Shown in pieces: positions 20,523 to 34,900 of a stretch of DNA of 64,000 nucleotides. The notes below the pieces were generated by a model. The model searched no databases. It saw only the letters and a list, made by a program, of their open reading frames with translations, and was not told where the DNA came from. The position numbers and the translations under genes were made by a program. Source of the stretch: Eledone cirrhosa. Lineage: Eukaryota. The DNA lies in NCBI GenBank assembly GCA_964016885.1, contig OZ024743.1:333932001-333996000 (forward strand). The letters run 5' to 3'. Positions within the stretch are counted from its first letter, which is position 1. Every line of letters starts with the position of its first letter.

Positions 20523-22038
20523 GCACATGTATAATACACAATTGCATTTTCGATTTCATTTATTTACAATTTCCTCTTTTTCTAATGAATCCTTTCGGTG
20601 GGTGGTGGTGATGTTGGTGAAGGAGTATTATATTTTACCTTTATTATTTGTTTGAATATGAAAATTTCCCTATTGCGTTGAGCCTTCGACATTTCTAAAT
20701 CCCTACTAATACCTAGATAATAAATTCCTATTGCATTGTTAAATTTTGACCGTATCGGTCAGAAATTTGTAATCTCAGAAATACCCAATAGGAGCAAAAT
20801 ATGTAAATTACTAACTCTGTTATTTTCAAACAACACTAACACGGTCCTGTCACTCTAAATCCCATAATACTGACATTACGGCTAAGAAGATGAAAAAACA
20901 AACCAACAAAAAAAAAAGAAACGCTATTGTTGCTAGGGACATATAAATATTAATATTTATAACACTATATAATGGCAAAAATATGAATACGCGTTGTAAA
21001 GTTTTTTTTAAAACGACTTGGTATTCATTCCGGATCTCTGTGTTCCAAGTTCAAATTTCAGCGAGGTCTATATTGCCTTTCATCTTTTCGGGGTAAATAA
21101 AGAATATATCATACTAGTACTGGTGCAATCTTCTTTACTTCCTGCTGTCATATCCTGAATGTTCTGTTGGATCATGGAAGAGAAAATCAGGAGGTGTCTG
21201 TGTCCAGACCTGTCAAGTCTCTCTGTCCGACGGGGAGATTTCCCATCCACTTTGGGATGGGTGAGTGATGTCTTCTCTTGAAGAAAATGGGTATAGCTTT
21301 CATTACGTAATATCTCCCCGTTTCGGCTCATTTTTCTCCGTTTTGGAACACTTTTTTTCATGGTAGTCCCCGTTTGGGTTTTTAGAGGTTGGCAGGTATG
21401 CTGTGTTTGCTCACGCCTAGATGAGCATCTAAAACACTTAACAAAAGCATAGTGAATACTACCAAATCATACTCAATTGTGAATTTGGCCGTAGTAGTAG
21501 TTACTGAGACACGGCTTTCGTGGGATTTAGTTGATCAAACATGGACAACACTCAGATATTACAAAAAAAAAATGTTTTGTTTTTGCTTTCAGTACTATAT
21601 AATTTCTTTAAAATATTTAGTTTACTGCCTCATTATTATGATTTCATATCCTGCTAGAGTTGCGTCCAGCCATTTGGCATCAATAAAATGCATGTATTGA
21701 ATCCATGAAATAATTTTATAAAATGTCTTAACTAACAAAACAAATTCCCTACTGAAATGTGAAACGATGAAATATAAACGAAGAAATTCAACGAAATTAT
21801 ACAAAAACATAAAATGTTTCTGGGAGACTCTAAGTTATGTCCATTCACGTTTTGATTCCAAATCTCACCATATTGGACTTTGCCTTTCATATTCCTATGG
21901 GAATGTGTGATAAAGTTGAACTGCTGGCCATACCAGATCAAGCAGACATTTCGGCACCTTACATTCAAAGTAAAAAAATTATAACCACCACCGTCTCCCC
22001 CCCCCCCACATATTGCCGGGGAATCGGCGGCGTTTGTC

Positions 22039-22072
<34 letters not shown>

Positions 22073-22246
22073 TCTCTCTCTCTCTCTGTGTTACACGCCG
22101 CCGAAAAAAGAATCAAGTTTTCCTTAAACATATCTTCATTCTACATATGTTTACTCGTATATAGATGTCAACATGAATGGACCTGTTATTTTTATCTAAA
22201 GACATATTTTCCAATTCCAACCCGCCCGTCCCCTCAATCTATCTTT

Positions 22247-22280
22247 CTTCTGATGAAGGACTAGCGTCCGAAACGTTAAG
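22247..22280 (+). ncRNA. Minimal type I HHR in a short pLTR-like remnant ending in (CA)n
   Basis: CTT-CTGATGA-A-GGAC-TAGC-GTCC-GAAAC-GTT-AAG, with palindrome AACGTT. Confidence 0.8.
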
Positions 22281-22361
22281 GCCCTCTTCCTGCTATATCA
22301 AGCGTTAACCTAATATATCCCTTCCATATACTGTACCGATTGTGTTGTTATTTCTGTTTAC

Positions 22362-22421
<60 letters not shown>

Positions 22422-22648
22422 ATATATATATATATATATCAAAGGCATGTATTGAGTTGGAAACTCAAAATAGTCTCATTACAATAAATTAGCTTCAGGA
22501 AAGAGGCTTTTCCGAGCCGTATAGTATAACTGAACAAAAAAGAAAAACGAACACAGACATATACATATATGTGTTCAAATCGTATTATTTCTGAGTCCAG
22601 AAATAGCCGTCGAAACGGCTTGAGCTCTGCCGTCGGGGTCAAACATTT

Positions 22649-22693
<45 letters not shown>

Positions 22694-24091
22694 TCAGGTG
22701 TGGTTTTGAAGAGAGTGGCGATTGCAATTTGAAAATGGAATTAAACTGACAGCTTTCACCGTATTTTTTACTACAGAGAATAGTCCAATAACGTGAGTAG
22801 ATAGACATTTATGTTATGGAGCTTACGTAGACCATTATTAAACTGATTCCTGTAGGTAACACACTTTACACACTCATACACAGGCATACACACACACACA
22901 CATTCACAGACAGACACACACGCACGCGCACAATCACGCGCACACGCACACATAGACACACACACACGCACACACAGACACACACACGCACACACACGCA
23001 CACACCCACACGCACGCAAACACGGACACATATATATATATGTATTACACACGCATAGACACACACACACACACGCACACGCACACACACACACACACAG
23101 ACACACATACATATATATTATACCCCCTCCACATATATATATACATATATATTATACCCCCTCCACATACATATATACATATATATTCGTTGAGCAACTG
23201 TTTGTTATTCCCCGTTTATTTCCTTGTTCTTTCTCATCTTCTAAGATATTTTCTTATCGATAATCGTTAGTTAGATCTGTTTCTGTTATTGTTTGTATTC
23301 TAATGCTTTGTCACCTGACTTAAATTGTTTTCTCTTCTATCATTTCTTCAATTAGAATATATACTTTGATTCTGATATTCCCAGTATTCCTATCCTTGGC
23401 TTCGATGGTAGCTGCCATATCCTTGTTTGTGTTCTTCCACTTATCTACAAGGCTGAAAGTTGTTAGCTTTAAGGGTATCGCGGAAGAGTAGAGCTGTTAC
23501 CTTTACCGCTGCAATAAGTGTGTAAAACTGAGAGGAAACAAGTGTTAGAATGTTGAATAAAATCAGCTGACCTTCCTGTATTCTCTTTTACCCAGCAACC
23601 TCTCGTATATATCTCTCGTATAAGGACGTGTCTGTTGAGCTCTTCTTTCACACAGATGTGTATTGGACGGTTCATGCTGCCGACATAAAGTTCCCCACAT
23701 TTGGTGCATTAGATACGATATACCACGTATATCTGTTGTATACCGTATCTGCACATATTCGTGTTGCAGTGCAGCAGTTAGCCAGATTTTTGTCATCTTC
23801 AGACCATTTTCGCTGTGAATAGATCAAAGGGGACAAACTGTATATCTAACTCCTCCTTGCAACTAACTCTGTAGAAAGTCATGTTTATAGTGTCATTGAG
23901 GTGGATATTGGATATCTGTTGGTCTATAGTTTAACAAGATGTGTAGTATGTATGATCCGGTGCTGGGTAGCTACTTTCTACACTTCTTCCACCACCTGGG
24001 ACACTTTACTTGATTTTCGCAACTATTACTTATAGTGATCAATGGATATTTTGGTCATACGCAAACACATACACACACACATATATACAAG

Positions 24092-24123
<32 letters not shown>

Positions 24124-24488
24124 TGTATGTATGTATGTATGTATGTATGTATGTATGTATGTATGTATGTATGTATGTATGCAGATTTCAACCCCAACAT
24201 CTACAACAACAACACCGGCACTAATGTTTACAGCAACAACAGCTTCAGAATGAACTGAAATGAACATTTACAACAACAACAACAGCGGCATCAAAAGATT
24301 AAATAAAAAAAGAAAAAGAAGGGCAAAAAAAAACAAAAACAACTCAAAATAACAAAACACACACACACACACACACACGCACACAACACAACAACAACAT
24401 CAACTGCCACCACCACCACTACCGCCGCCGCCATCACCATCACCAGCGAAAACAACTTTAATAATAATTTTTCTGCTTTTGGCATGGA

Positions 24489-24617
24489 TCCAGCGACTGG
24501 CCCAGCGCATCACTGGTACTCTCTTTTGTTGACTCCGTGGGGATGAAAGGCAAGGTTGACCTCGGCGGGATTTGAGCTCAGAGCGTGGAGGGCCGTGACT
24601 CTATGCTGTAAAGCAAT
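24489..24617 (-). mobile_element. Partial tRNA-SINE copy
   Basis: GGATGAAAGGCAAGGTTGACCTCGGCGGGATTTGAGCTC matches the family core. Confidence 0.7.
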
Positions 24618-25180
24618 TATAATAATACTGGATTGTAGTACGATCGGCTTCAACTATACAAACTCTTGAAAGTCAACAGCTGACATAATCTTGTAATCTT
24701 GTATCAGTAATGGCGGTAATATATATATATATATATGTGTGTGTGTAAGTGAGTAGAGTAGCGTGTGTGTGTTTGTTTGTATGTATGAGTGTTGCTGTGT
24801 GCGCGCATATGTATGTGCGTGTGTGTATGTCGTACGTATAAGTGTCAATAAGTGATTTTTTTTTTTTTTTTTTTTGCGCGGGGACATAGAAATAATCGGG
24901 CTGGATGCCCGATCGCGCAGTTAAACCACTGGGAGTGAAGAACCCCTAGCCCTTGTCAGGGCATTCTTCTAGGAGAAGGCATCTCAGGAAACTGGGTTAA
25001 CTCCGACATAAAACCTGCGGCTCAGTAGTTACTGATGATGTTGATCTTTTCTTCTTTTCGGGTTATAGCTACTGTCGCTCAGAGAGTGGGATTGGCTCAG
25101 TGCACAGTCTTTCCTCACTTTAAAAATATTCGTCACGCACAGGCATTGCACGAGTGCATTAATAATTATTAATAGTGTAC

Positions 25181-25212
<32 letters not shown>

Positions 25213-25213
<1 letters not shown>

Positions 25214-26034
25214 AGTTGTATTTATCTTGCTTTATGTTCATACGAGTTATCACCAAGTCACAACCAGTGACCTCAAGAGACAACAAGGTCCGCCATGTTC
25301 AAGAAAGAACATACATATTCACACATGCATATTTAGTGTTTAGACTTGTGATGTACTTATATTGACAGAATCTTCCTTAGTATATGGGCAGTTCCCATTA
25401 GTACTATCTTTTGTATTTCTCCTATACGCGGGTTTCCTGGGATTTGCGATAAGTAGTCATTAGACCCCTTAGGTATCATTCCCAGAGCGCCTACAACCAC
25501 TGGTATTGTTTTAGTTCTCAATTTCCACATTTTTCCAATTTCTATCTCCAGGTCCTTATACTTGTTCAATTTTTCAAATGTTTTTATAGATACATTCTTG
25601 TCTATTGGAACAGACATATCAATTAGCAGGCATACCCTCTTTTGAAAGTCATTCAATATTATATCAGGTCTATTTGCATCTATTTTTCGGTCTGTTTGGA
25701 TGCTAAAGTTCCACAAGATTGAGATGTGATCTTTTTCAAGTATGGGAGGTGGTTGATGCTCCCACCAATTCTGTTGATGGGGCAGGTCAAAATGCTTACA
25801 CATTATCCAATGTATGTATTGTGCAGCTCTGTCATGCCTGTTTAGGTATTCGGTTGGAGCTATAGGACTGCACATTGAAATTATATGGTCAATGGTCTCT
25901 GGTTGTTTTTTGCATACACGGCATAATGGGCTGCACCCATTTTTTTATTATGTTGGCTTGGTAATTTTTTGTTGGCAGACACTGATCTTGTGCCGATATA
26001 ATCAGTCCTTCAGTCTCCGATTTCAGTCCAGAGG
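25213..26034 (-). mobile_element. 5'-truncated R4/Dong-like non-LTR retrotransposon (CCHC knuckle + restriction-like endonuclease) between (TTA)n arrays
   Basis: GLKSETEGLIISAQDQ...CRVCK..ETIDHIISMC...YLNRHD...NRPDII...LIDMSVP...KYKDL. ORF 25357-25875, followed by an (AAT)n tail. Confidence 0.85.
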
Positions 26035-26561
26035 ATTATTATTATTATTATTATTATTATTATTGGCGACCTACGTAGTAAATCGTATCATCGTGAGCTC
26101 CGCAAAGGTTTGTTATTTCCGTTTGTTAAAAATTGCCATTTATGGAAAATTTTATTGTTAACTGTTTATAAGCACACATACATTGTTTTCCGAAAAGGAC
26201 ACCCAAAAAGATTGGGGCCTTGTGCCCAAAATTTTAACTTTTATTATTATCCAAAAATTTCTTTGAAAAAAAATGGCTAATTCCCCTCTGCACGAAGCAG
26301 CTGAAAGCCTTCCTCACAAAATAACACCTCACACCGACACCACCATTGTAAATGTTACTACGTTTGCCAACACAAAAAAAATATAAGCAGTAGCAATATT
26401 TTAAATTTGTCTCAGGCAGACATTCATTTCCCACCATTACCAATGACTGCAGGTGTTAAAGCCTCCACCACCACCACCACCACCGCGACAACCACCACCC
26501 CCACCACCACCGCGACAACAGAAACAAAAGAAGAAAAAATAAATTAACTCGTGATGTCGAA

Positions 26562-28238
26562 ATGAAATCAAGCAAAATGGACTCTTCCGCACCAAAGACG
26601 ACTGACGTCACCACCACCACAACTGAAACTAAAATTAAGATTAACACAAATAACGATAGCAACAACAACAACAATGACATTATAAAACCGACCCTCAGTT
26701 TCGCCATCGTAGCAAAACAATTCGAAGCGTTCACGGTAACTCAAGAGGATTTAGAAAATGCCAAACAAATGGTAAAGAAAGATGGGTACAGGGTCAGCCT
26801 CACCCCCCACCTAATAAAATGGAGCATCGGCGCCTATGCACCGTGTCGTATAGAACAATAAATGTAAAATCGCGCCGAGTGGAACGGGCATCCGAGTCCC
26901 AAATCCAAAAAGCTTTAGGACATGTGTGGGCAAGAAAAACCCACATCAGACGTGGGCCAAAGTATGGAACCGTGGATGTGTTCTTTGAAACACCAGAGGA
27001 GGCTAGAGAACACTCCATGGCCCCATTAAAAAATGACGACTTCACACCCATCCCAAGCTATTGTGGCCAGAGAATCGTAAAGATCAGGGTGACCCACGTT
27101 CCACCGGCCATCGAAATTCCCTGGCTAATAGCGGCTGTCCTCGCCGGCATCGAAGCCAACACGAAAATAATAGCAATAGCAAAGGAAAATCAGGAAAACT
27201 GGTCCGGATCTGGGATGGAGCTCCTAATCCAAGCGGACCAAAAAAGCATTGAGGAGATCCCAGAGGTAATAGACCTCACTGACGGCAGCCACCTCACGGT
27301 AATTGTCGAGGGCAGAAGACCTAGGTGTGTCGTTTGTGGTGAAGGAACCCACCTAAGGGCTTTCTGCCCTCAGGCTAAAAGGTTGAGGCCACCTCTCCTA
27401 CCCACCCCAGTGACACAACCATCAACACCACCAGTAGCAGAGATGACAGCAACAACTGTAGCAGCAACAACAGAAGCAACTATAACAGCAACAACCCCAG
27501 CAACAGTAGCAAAACCAACACCACCCCCACCCAACGCTTCAGAACTAGCACCGGCGCCTACACCATCCACCACACCACAACCAAAACTAACGGCTGTGGA
27601 GGATTTTCCACTCCCCGGCCTATCACAACTGGAGACAGATTGTGACGACGAGGAGTGGGAAACGATATCCGGAAAAAAAAAGAAACCAAAAAAGAAAAAA
27701 TTATCTTCCTTCCCCCTCCAAAAACAAAATACAGAGGGAAACAAATAAACTAAGAAACAAAAAAGTTAGGACAGATATGCCACCATCCACACCAGCATCA
27801 CCAACCCCATCAACCCAAACACCAACACCATCACCATCATTAACTCCAACACCACCATCACCTACACCACAAAAGTCACCAAAATGCGAAACAGAAACAA
27901 ACCCACAACAAACGCAAACAAAACAAAACAACCAAAACGATACACACTACACAGCATTAAATTTGAACAACAAGCAATTATTACACTACATCCAACACAA
28001 CACCAGCATCACAGAAAAAGACTACACAACAACCCCAAAATTCACACCACCTCCACACATACAAATCACTCGCATCACACAGAAAACGTACATGACACTA
28101 AAACAAAAATTCCTCAAAGACATCGGAGACTTCCGACAAGCACTCTCCAGGAGGATTTATAAGGACATCCTTCCTGAGGAGGCCACAAGCAGTGAAAAGG
28201 ATGGAAAAACCGTCCTTCCCCTACGAGAAGTAAGGTAA
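26562..28238 (+). pseudogene. Tx1 ORF1 (gag-like, frameshifted)
   Basis: Overlapping ORFs at 26562, 26819 and 27642. CVVCGEGTHLRAFC (CX2CX4HX4C) knuckle and Pro/Thr-rich linker. Confidence 0.75.
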
Positions 28239-28272
28239 GTGGTCTTTCCCATCTTTTCCACTCCTTTTCAAC

Positions 28273-31200
28273 ATGACCTCACTCAGAATAGGCAGCATAA
28301 ATGCGCGTGGCTTGGGGTCGTCATGGAAGCAGGGCCACCTGCTCAACGACCTCAGGTCACTAAACATAGATGTAGTGGCCATCAGCGAGACCAGAATCTC
28401 CGAAGCACAGGCTTTCGCACCGATCTTCGGCGGCTACGATGTGTACGGGATCGGGGGGAGGAGTTGCTGTGCTTTTTCGGAGAGGTTTGGATCTTGCCAT
28501 ACGGGCCATCTTCCTGGACCCAGAAGGTAAGTTGGTGGTGCTGGACGTGACCAGCGGAGACGGGCAAGCTTTCAGGTTAGTGGCCGTCTATGCCCCGACA
28601 GGAGCAGGGCGGCCTGATTTCTTCCGGCGTTTGGAGACCTTTCTTGGAACGTCCCGCTCTTTAGTGTTAGTGGGCGACTGGAACGGGATCTTAGATGCAC
28701 GCTGGGATTGTGTGGGATTAGTGGATAGGGAAGGAGGGTGCAAGAGTCTCACCAACCTGCTCAGACGTTTTGAACTGTCTGACAGGTACCGAATGGATTT
28801 CCCGAATGTACCAATGTGGACTTGGACAAATTGCATAGGGTCATCCAGATCATATCTAGATAGAGTATTTTGTAGGGAAATAGATAGGTCTAGCATAGGC
28901 TGTCCACAATTCAAGATAGTCAGCTACACGGACCACAAATTCGTGATCTGTGTGCTTGACTTAGATAGGCTTCATAGACAAGGACCCGGCTACTGGAAGC
29001 TAAACGCGTCCTTACCAGCGCGCAAGGCCTACAGAGACCGGATTAGCGAACTAGTTAAGCGGACGTTGACGGGGGCCATCGTCAACAACAAGTGGTGGTT
29101 TGCTCTGAAAAGAGCAATTAGAATAGAGTCCATTAGGTTTAGTAAGACTTTAGCAATAGAGAAAAATAGAGCAGAGGGAGAATTAGTTAGAAAATTAGAT
29201 GAGGCGCTTAGCAAAGGCATCGCGACCGACGTACTTGCGGCGAAATTGGCCCTTGACCAATTCTTCAATGCAAAGCACGAAGGCTGCGTTGTCAGAGCTA
29301 GGGTGCGTGCTCTCAGACACGAGGGGACGAAAGCCGTTCAATGGGCCCGAGTGGCGGAGGCGCGTCGTGGCAACAAAGCCACGATCCGGTCTTTGGTGGA
29401 CCACGACGGGCGCATGCTACTCGATCCCGGGCAAATGTGTGAAGCTTTTCAGCGACACTTCGCTCAACTGTTCGGGGGCAGTGGCGGGCCGGATCGAGGG
29501 ATGGACTTTAGTGTCTACATCGACGGACTGCCGCGGCTTTCGGCCACTGAGGCGGAGTGTTGCGAAAAGCCGATAACAACCGCTGAAGTACGGGATGCAA
29601 TGACTAGTTGCACAAGGGGTAAATCGCCTGGTTTGGATGGTCTGCCCTATGAACTTTACGTACAAATGTCAAACTTGTTCGGAGGCCTCTTGGCGGACGT
29701 CTACTGCAACTGGCAACAGAACGGGAGAATTCCCAGCTCTGTGAGCCGAGGAGCGGTGGCGCTGCTGAGAAAGGATCCGAACAAGGGGGATAACATAGAT
29801 AATTTTAGGCCCATAACTCTGCTAAACACAGAGTTCAAGATTTTGGCCAAGGTGCTAGCAAAGAGGTTGGCGCTTGTCGTTGGTGGTCTGGTGGGAGAGG
29901 CACAGACATGCGCCATTCCCGACAGATCCATCCACGACAACCTCCACCTCATGCGATACATCGTAGAGAGGTTAGCTAGGGAACCTGGCACGGGTGGGTC
30001 TTTGATCAATTTAGATCAGTCGAAAGCCTTCGATAGGGTCGACCATAGTTACCTAGCGGCAGTCCTGAGGGCGGCTGGCTTTGGGCCCGTCTTCAGAGGC
30101 TGGATCGCTGCCATGCACAGCGACATCTGCTCTGTAGTGAGAGTGAACGGTCACCTTTCGGAACCGCTCAACATCATGCGCTCGGTCCGCCAAGGATGTC
30201 CCCTCTCGTCCCTATTGTACGTATTGACTCTCGAGCCATTACTGCACAAACTGGAGACGTTGAGGGGGGTCCCGCGCGAACTAGGATGCGGAAGATCCGT
30301 GTCAGCACATGCCGACGATGTCACCGTAGTGGTGTCGAACGCCAAACACATCGAGGCGATCGGCACTACACTAAGAGAATACGAAGCGGTGACAGGAGCA
30401 ATGATCAACCAGGAAAAGTCAGTGGGCCTGCAGCTCGGCACCTGGAGAGGCAGGTCCATGCCGTCCAACAGCGTCGTCGGGCGCTGGACGGACGGACCGG
30501 TTAAATTGCTAGGGGTCTGGTTCGGTCCAGACCTCCAGACGGACAAAAACTGGGACGAGGTGACCAGCAGGGTGGCTTCTCTCACCCAGAAATGGGCCGA
30601 GAGGAAGCTATCCCTGAAAGGTCGAGCGGAGGTGGCGAATGCGTACATCGCATCCGTCATCTACTACCGCCTGACCGTCGTACCTTGTCCTAAGCCCCGC
30701 CTGACTGCGCTGGAGCGTTTGCTCTTTCGCTTCTTGTGGAAGGGACGCGCTCCGATGGTCAGGCGGTCCATCTGCTGTCAACACCCGCTACGTGGAGGGC
30801 TGGGCATGCCGTGGCTGATGATGCGCAGATACGCGCTCAGGCTACGACATCTCCACCTCTTCCTCGACGGTGATCAGGTGTGGTCGCCTTTTGCTAGACA
30901 CGTTTTTCCCCAGCTCGTCTCCTTGACGGAGCTGCAGTCCTGGGTCAAGCGAAGACCGAGAGGGAGCGCTTGGAGACTGGAATGTCTTCAGGCGCTCACA
31001 GCCCTCGACCAATCGGGCAATGCGATCGGTGGAAAATCCACCTTGGCGTTCTATAGGGGATTAGTGGAGGGGAAGAGCGACGACGTACTTGGAGAAACTC
31101 TAGGCGTCGACGAAAATCAACTAGCCAATCTCTTCGGAAGGACTTTCGGGCCGGGGCCTATGGACAACTTCCAGAAATCCCTGGCCTGGCAGTGCTACCG

Positions 31201-31675
31201 AGGAGCTTTGCCAGTTCGGGATAAACTCTACAGGCATGGAGGTGCCGTCAGCCGGGCATGTCCGAGATGCGCGCAGGGCGACGAAACCGTCCTGCACGCA
31301 CTCGTCCAGTGTCCGAGCATTGCTGACTTGTGGGTTTATGTCGAACACCTGCTGTCACGTGTAGGACGGATCCAGCTATCAGCTGAGTCCATCGTGAGGA
31401 TTACCCCGCTCCCTTCCTTTAGCCTGGAAGGGCAGGCAGTTTTTATCTGTCTGGTGGCCATGGCGAAAGAGATAGTATGGTGGACACGTTTGAAAGGGCT
31501 GAAGACGAGCACTTACCTCTTCGGTGATGCCCTGATTAACTTTTTCAAATTTCATTTGAAAAGGAAAATCAGGGTAGAGAGGGAAGTGCTCTCTTCCCAG
31601 CATTTTGTTGAAAGATGGGTGAGAGAAGCAAGTATGGCCCGAATGAATGGGCCTTCTCTGAGTATGTGTCTGTAA
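28273..31675 (+). pseudogene. Tx1 ORF2: APE endonuclease + RT + C-terminal Zn motif, one frameshift near 28450
   Basis: MTSLRIGSINARGL..SET, VYAP, GDWN, YLDR, TDHK, WKLN, KSPGLDG, FRPITLLN, LDQSKAFDRV, VRQGCPLS, HADD and CPRC..ETVLHALVQC. Confidence 0.9.
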
Positions 31676-31918
31676 ATTAAAGGTGGAAAACTGGGAGAGG
31701 GCACTTGCCCTGGTGGTCAGGGCCACTGTGGTCTTTTAATGGGCTTTCTCCACAAATGTCCCTCGGAAGTCTCCCCCCTATTGGGGAATTTTTCTTTGTT
31801 ATTTTATTTCAACCTCTGTTTTTTTTACACGCAGAAATGCCCATTTGTACCGTCCTGTATTGTCCTGTACTGTCCTTAATGTCTACTTTATGCAAACCCT
31901 TGTGGTTAATAAAGAAAA

Positions 31919-31955
<37 letters not shown>

Positions 31956-31980
31956 ACTTTTTTTTTTTTTTTTTTTTTTC

Positions 31981-34900
31981 CAATTCAATGATGTTCCAGA
32001 ACAATATAAAAGAGATAATTGGTAATTTAGGTTCTGGAACAAAAAAGATCATTGGCAATAAGGGCAGGGGCCCCAGGTTATCACAGCCTGGGCCCGCTCG
32101 TCATCGTGCCATTGTAATAGAGCCAAACAGGGCATTTAGTCTTGGCTGCTGGAACGTACGGACGCTGCTTGACAGGGATTCCTTGGGGCGTCCTGAACGA
32201 AGGACCGCTCTTGTTGCAAAGGAGCTTCGACGTTACGATCTTGACATCGTGGCTTTATCTGAGACGAGGCTAGCTGGAGATGGTCATCTTACGGAATTTT
32301 GTGGAGAATATACATTCTTCTGGAAAGGAAGAGACGAAGGAACCAGAAGAGAGGCTGGGGTAGGATTTGCTGTTAAGACTGTGCTTGTGAACAAATTAGA
32401 GGAATTCCCAGTAGGGATTAGTGAGCGTCTTATGTCCATAAGAGTTCCGCTGGACAAGGGAAGATATGCTACCCTGGTGAGTATGCTACCTGGATCTGTG
32501 TGTTACCAACACCATGTTCCAACAAAAGAACAAATTCAAGACCACATGGATACATCCTGCATCTAAGGAATGGCATCTTTTGGACTACGTCCTAGTCAGG
32601 ATGCGTGACAGACAGGATGTGCAGTGTGTTCGTGTTCTTCGTGGAGCTGAGTGCTGGACGGACCACGGCCTGGTACGCGCAAAAGTGAAACTAATCACTA
32701 AACGTAAAATCAGGGCTCCTGGTGCTGCCCTGCCCAAAAGATTGAATGCTGCTCGTCTTAACGATAAAAATGTGAAGAGGACATTGGAAGAAGAGATGCA
32801 GGCTGCAGATCTTGGTGAGGATTGGCCGACCCTTAAAAAGTCGGTTTATGATGTAGGTAGGCGTGTTCTGGGATTGGCGCAGAGGAAACATCAGGACTGG
32901 TTTGATGAGAATGATGTACATATAGAAGACTTGTTGGCTGATAAGAGGCGTGCTCTGTCACGCTACTTGACGGAAAAACCACAGGAGAGGAATACGTTGC
33001 ATGAGGAACTCAGGGATATAAAATCACGTGTTAGGCGGAGTCTTTCTCAGATGAAGGATCAGTGGTGGAGTGAGAAGGCTGGTGAGATACAAACTGCGTC
33101 TGATTCCAATAACACAAAGCTGTTGTACAGTCTCTTGCGTGAGGTTTATGGACCGTCTTCTTCTCTGGTGACACCGCTTCGCAGCAAGGATGGCAAAGAA
33201 CTTCTTCGTGACTCACAAGAAATTCTACGAAGGTGGCGAGAGCACTTTGATGATCTTTTGAATCAGCCGTCTGTCGTCAGTGAAGATTTCCTCAATCTCA
33301 TTCCAGAAAGTCCTGTGAAAGTAGCTCTCGCAGAACCTCCAACGCTTGTGGAGGTTGCAGTGGCTATTTCGAAGCTGAACAGTGGAAGATCTCCAGGTAT
33401 GGATGGCATACATGCTGAGCTCCTACAATATGGTGGTGAGAGACTCCTGCAACATCTTCATTCTTTGTTTGGCAGGATATGGGCTAATGAATCCGTACCT
33501 GAGGACTGGAGAGATGCAGTAATGGTGGTCTTGTACAAGGGAAAGGGTAACAGGAACGATTGTGGGAACTACAGAGGTATATCATTGATTTCTGTCGTAG
33601 GGAAAGTTTTATGTAGGGTGCTTCTGGACCGTCTGCTGACACACATTGCAGATTGTGTTCTTCCTGAAAGTCAATCTGGTTTTCGTGCTGGACGCGGCAC
33701 TACTGATATGATCTTCTCAGCTAGACAGCTCCAGGAGAAGTGCATGGAACAAGGCTTGGATCTGTATCAGGTTTTTGTCGATCTGACAAAAGCTTTCGAT
33801 ACTGTTAACAGAGATGCATTATGGAAGGTTCTCCAGAAACTTGGTTGCCCTGATAAGTTCCTTGCTTTAGTTAGGTATTTCCATGACGACATGAAGGCTT
33901 GGGTTAATGTCGGGGGTAACATGTCGGAGCCTATCTCAGTAAAAAATGGAGTGAAACGGGGATATTCCAGCACCGACCCTGTTTGCCATATACTTTGCAA
34001 TGGTTTTCTGTATTGCATTCAGGAATTGCGAGCATGGTGTTTACATCCGATATCGAACCTCAGGCAGCATATTTAACATCAGGCGCTTTGCTGGGAAGAC
34101 AAAAGTATTTACATCAATCATAAGAGACCTCTTGTATGCAGATGATTGCGATATTGTAGCGCACACAGAGAGAGATATGCAGCACATTTTGAATGCATTT
34201 TCTGACGCTTGCACTGCCCTAATTCTGACTGTCAGTCTTAAGAAAACCGTCGTCATGTACCAACTTGCCCCTGGTAAGCAGTACACTGAACCAAACATCT
34301 ATGTGTATGGCAAACGACTTGGAGTGGTTGATCAGTTTGTCTACCTGGGAAGCACTGTCAATCGATACAGCAACCTTGACAGTGAAATCTCACTTAGGAT
34401 TAGGAAAGCAAGTGATGCTTTCGGAAAGCTAGAAAGGCGACTCTGGGGTCGGCGAGACATATGCAGGAGGACAAAGGTAAAGGTGTACAGGGCATGTGTG
34501 CTCTCTTGTCTTCTTTATGCCTGCGAGACCTGGGTCACATATCGACACCACCTTAAGCAATTGGAGCGTTTCCATCAGATGTGTCTCAGACGGATCCAGG
34601 GCGTTCACTGGAGGGACCACATCAGTGATGTCGAGATTTTTGAAAGCTCTATGTGTGACAGTATAGAAGCTCTTATGCTTAAGCAACGACTCCGTTGGAG
34701 TGGTCACCTTGCCAGGATGAAGGATTCTAGAATACCAAAACAACTCTTTTATGGAGAGTTGGTTAAAGGAAAACGACCGCCACATAAACCAAAAAAGAGG
34801 TATAAGGATTCCTTGAAAGCCTCTCTGAAAGACGCTAACATCTCTGCTGATACATGGGAGAATATTGCTGCTGATCGTAATAAATGGAGAAAGACTGTAT

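Larger units (their letters stand above)
26065..31920 (+). mobile_element. Near full-length Tx1-like (L1 clade) LINE inserted in (ATT)n
   Basis: ORF1 with Zn knuckle and ORF2 APE-RT-Zn. The 3' end is AATAAAGAAAAC followed by (ATT)n, and (ATT)n also precedes the 5' end. Confidence 0.9.

Noticed and set aside
23200-24000. Possible N-terminal relic of an R4-like element on the minus strand (PWKPRI-like motif)
   Set aside because: It is too degraded to support without an alignment.
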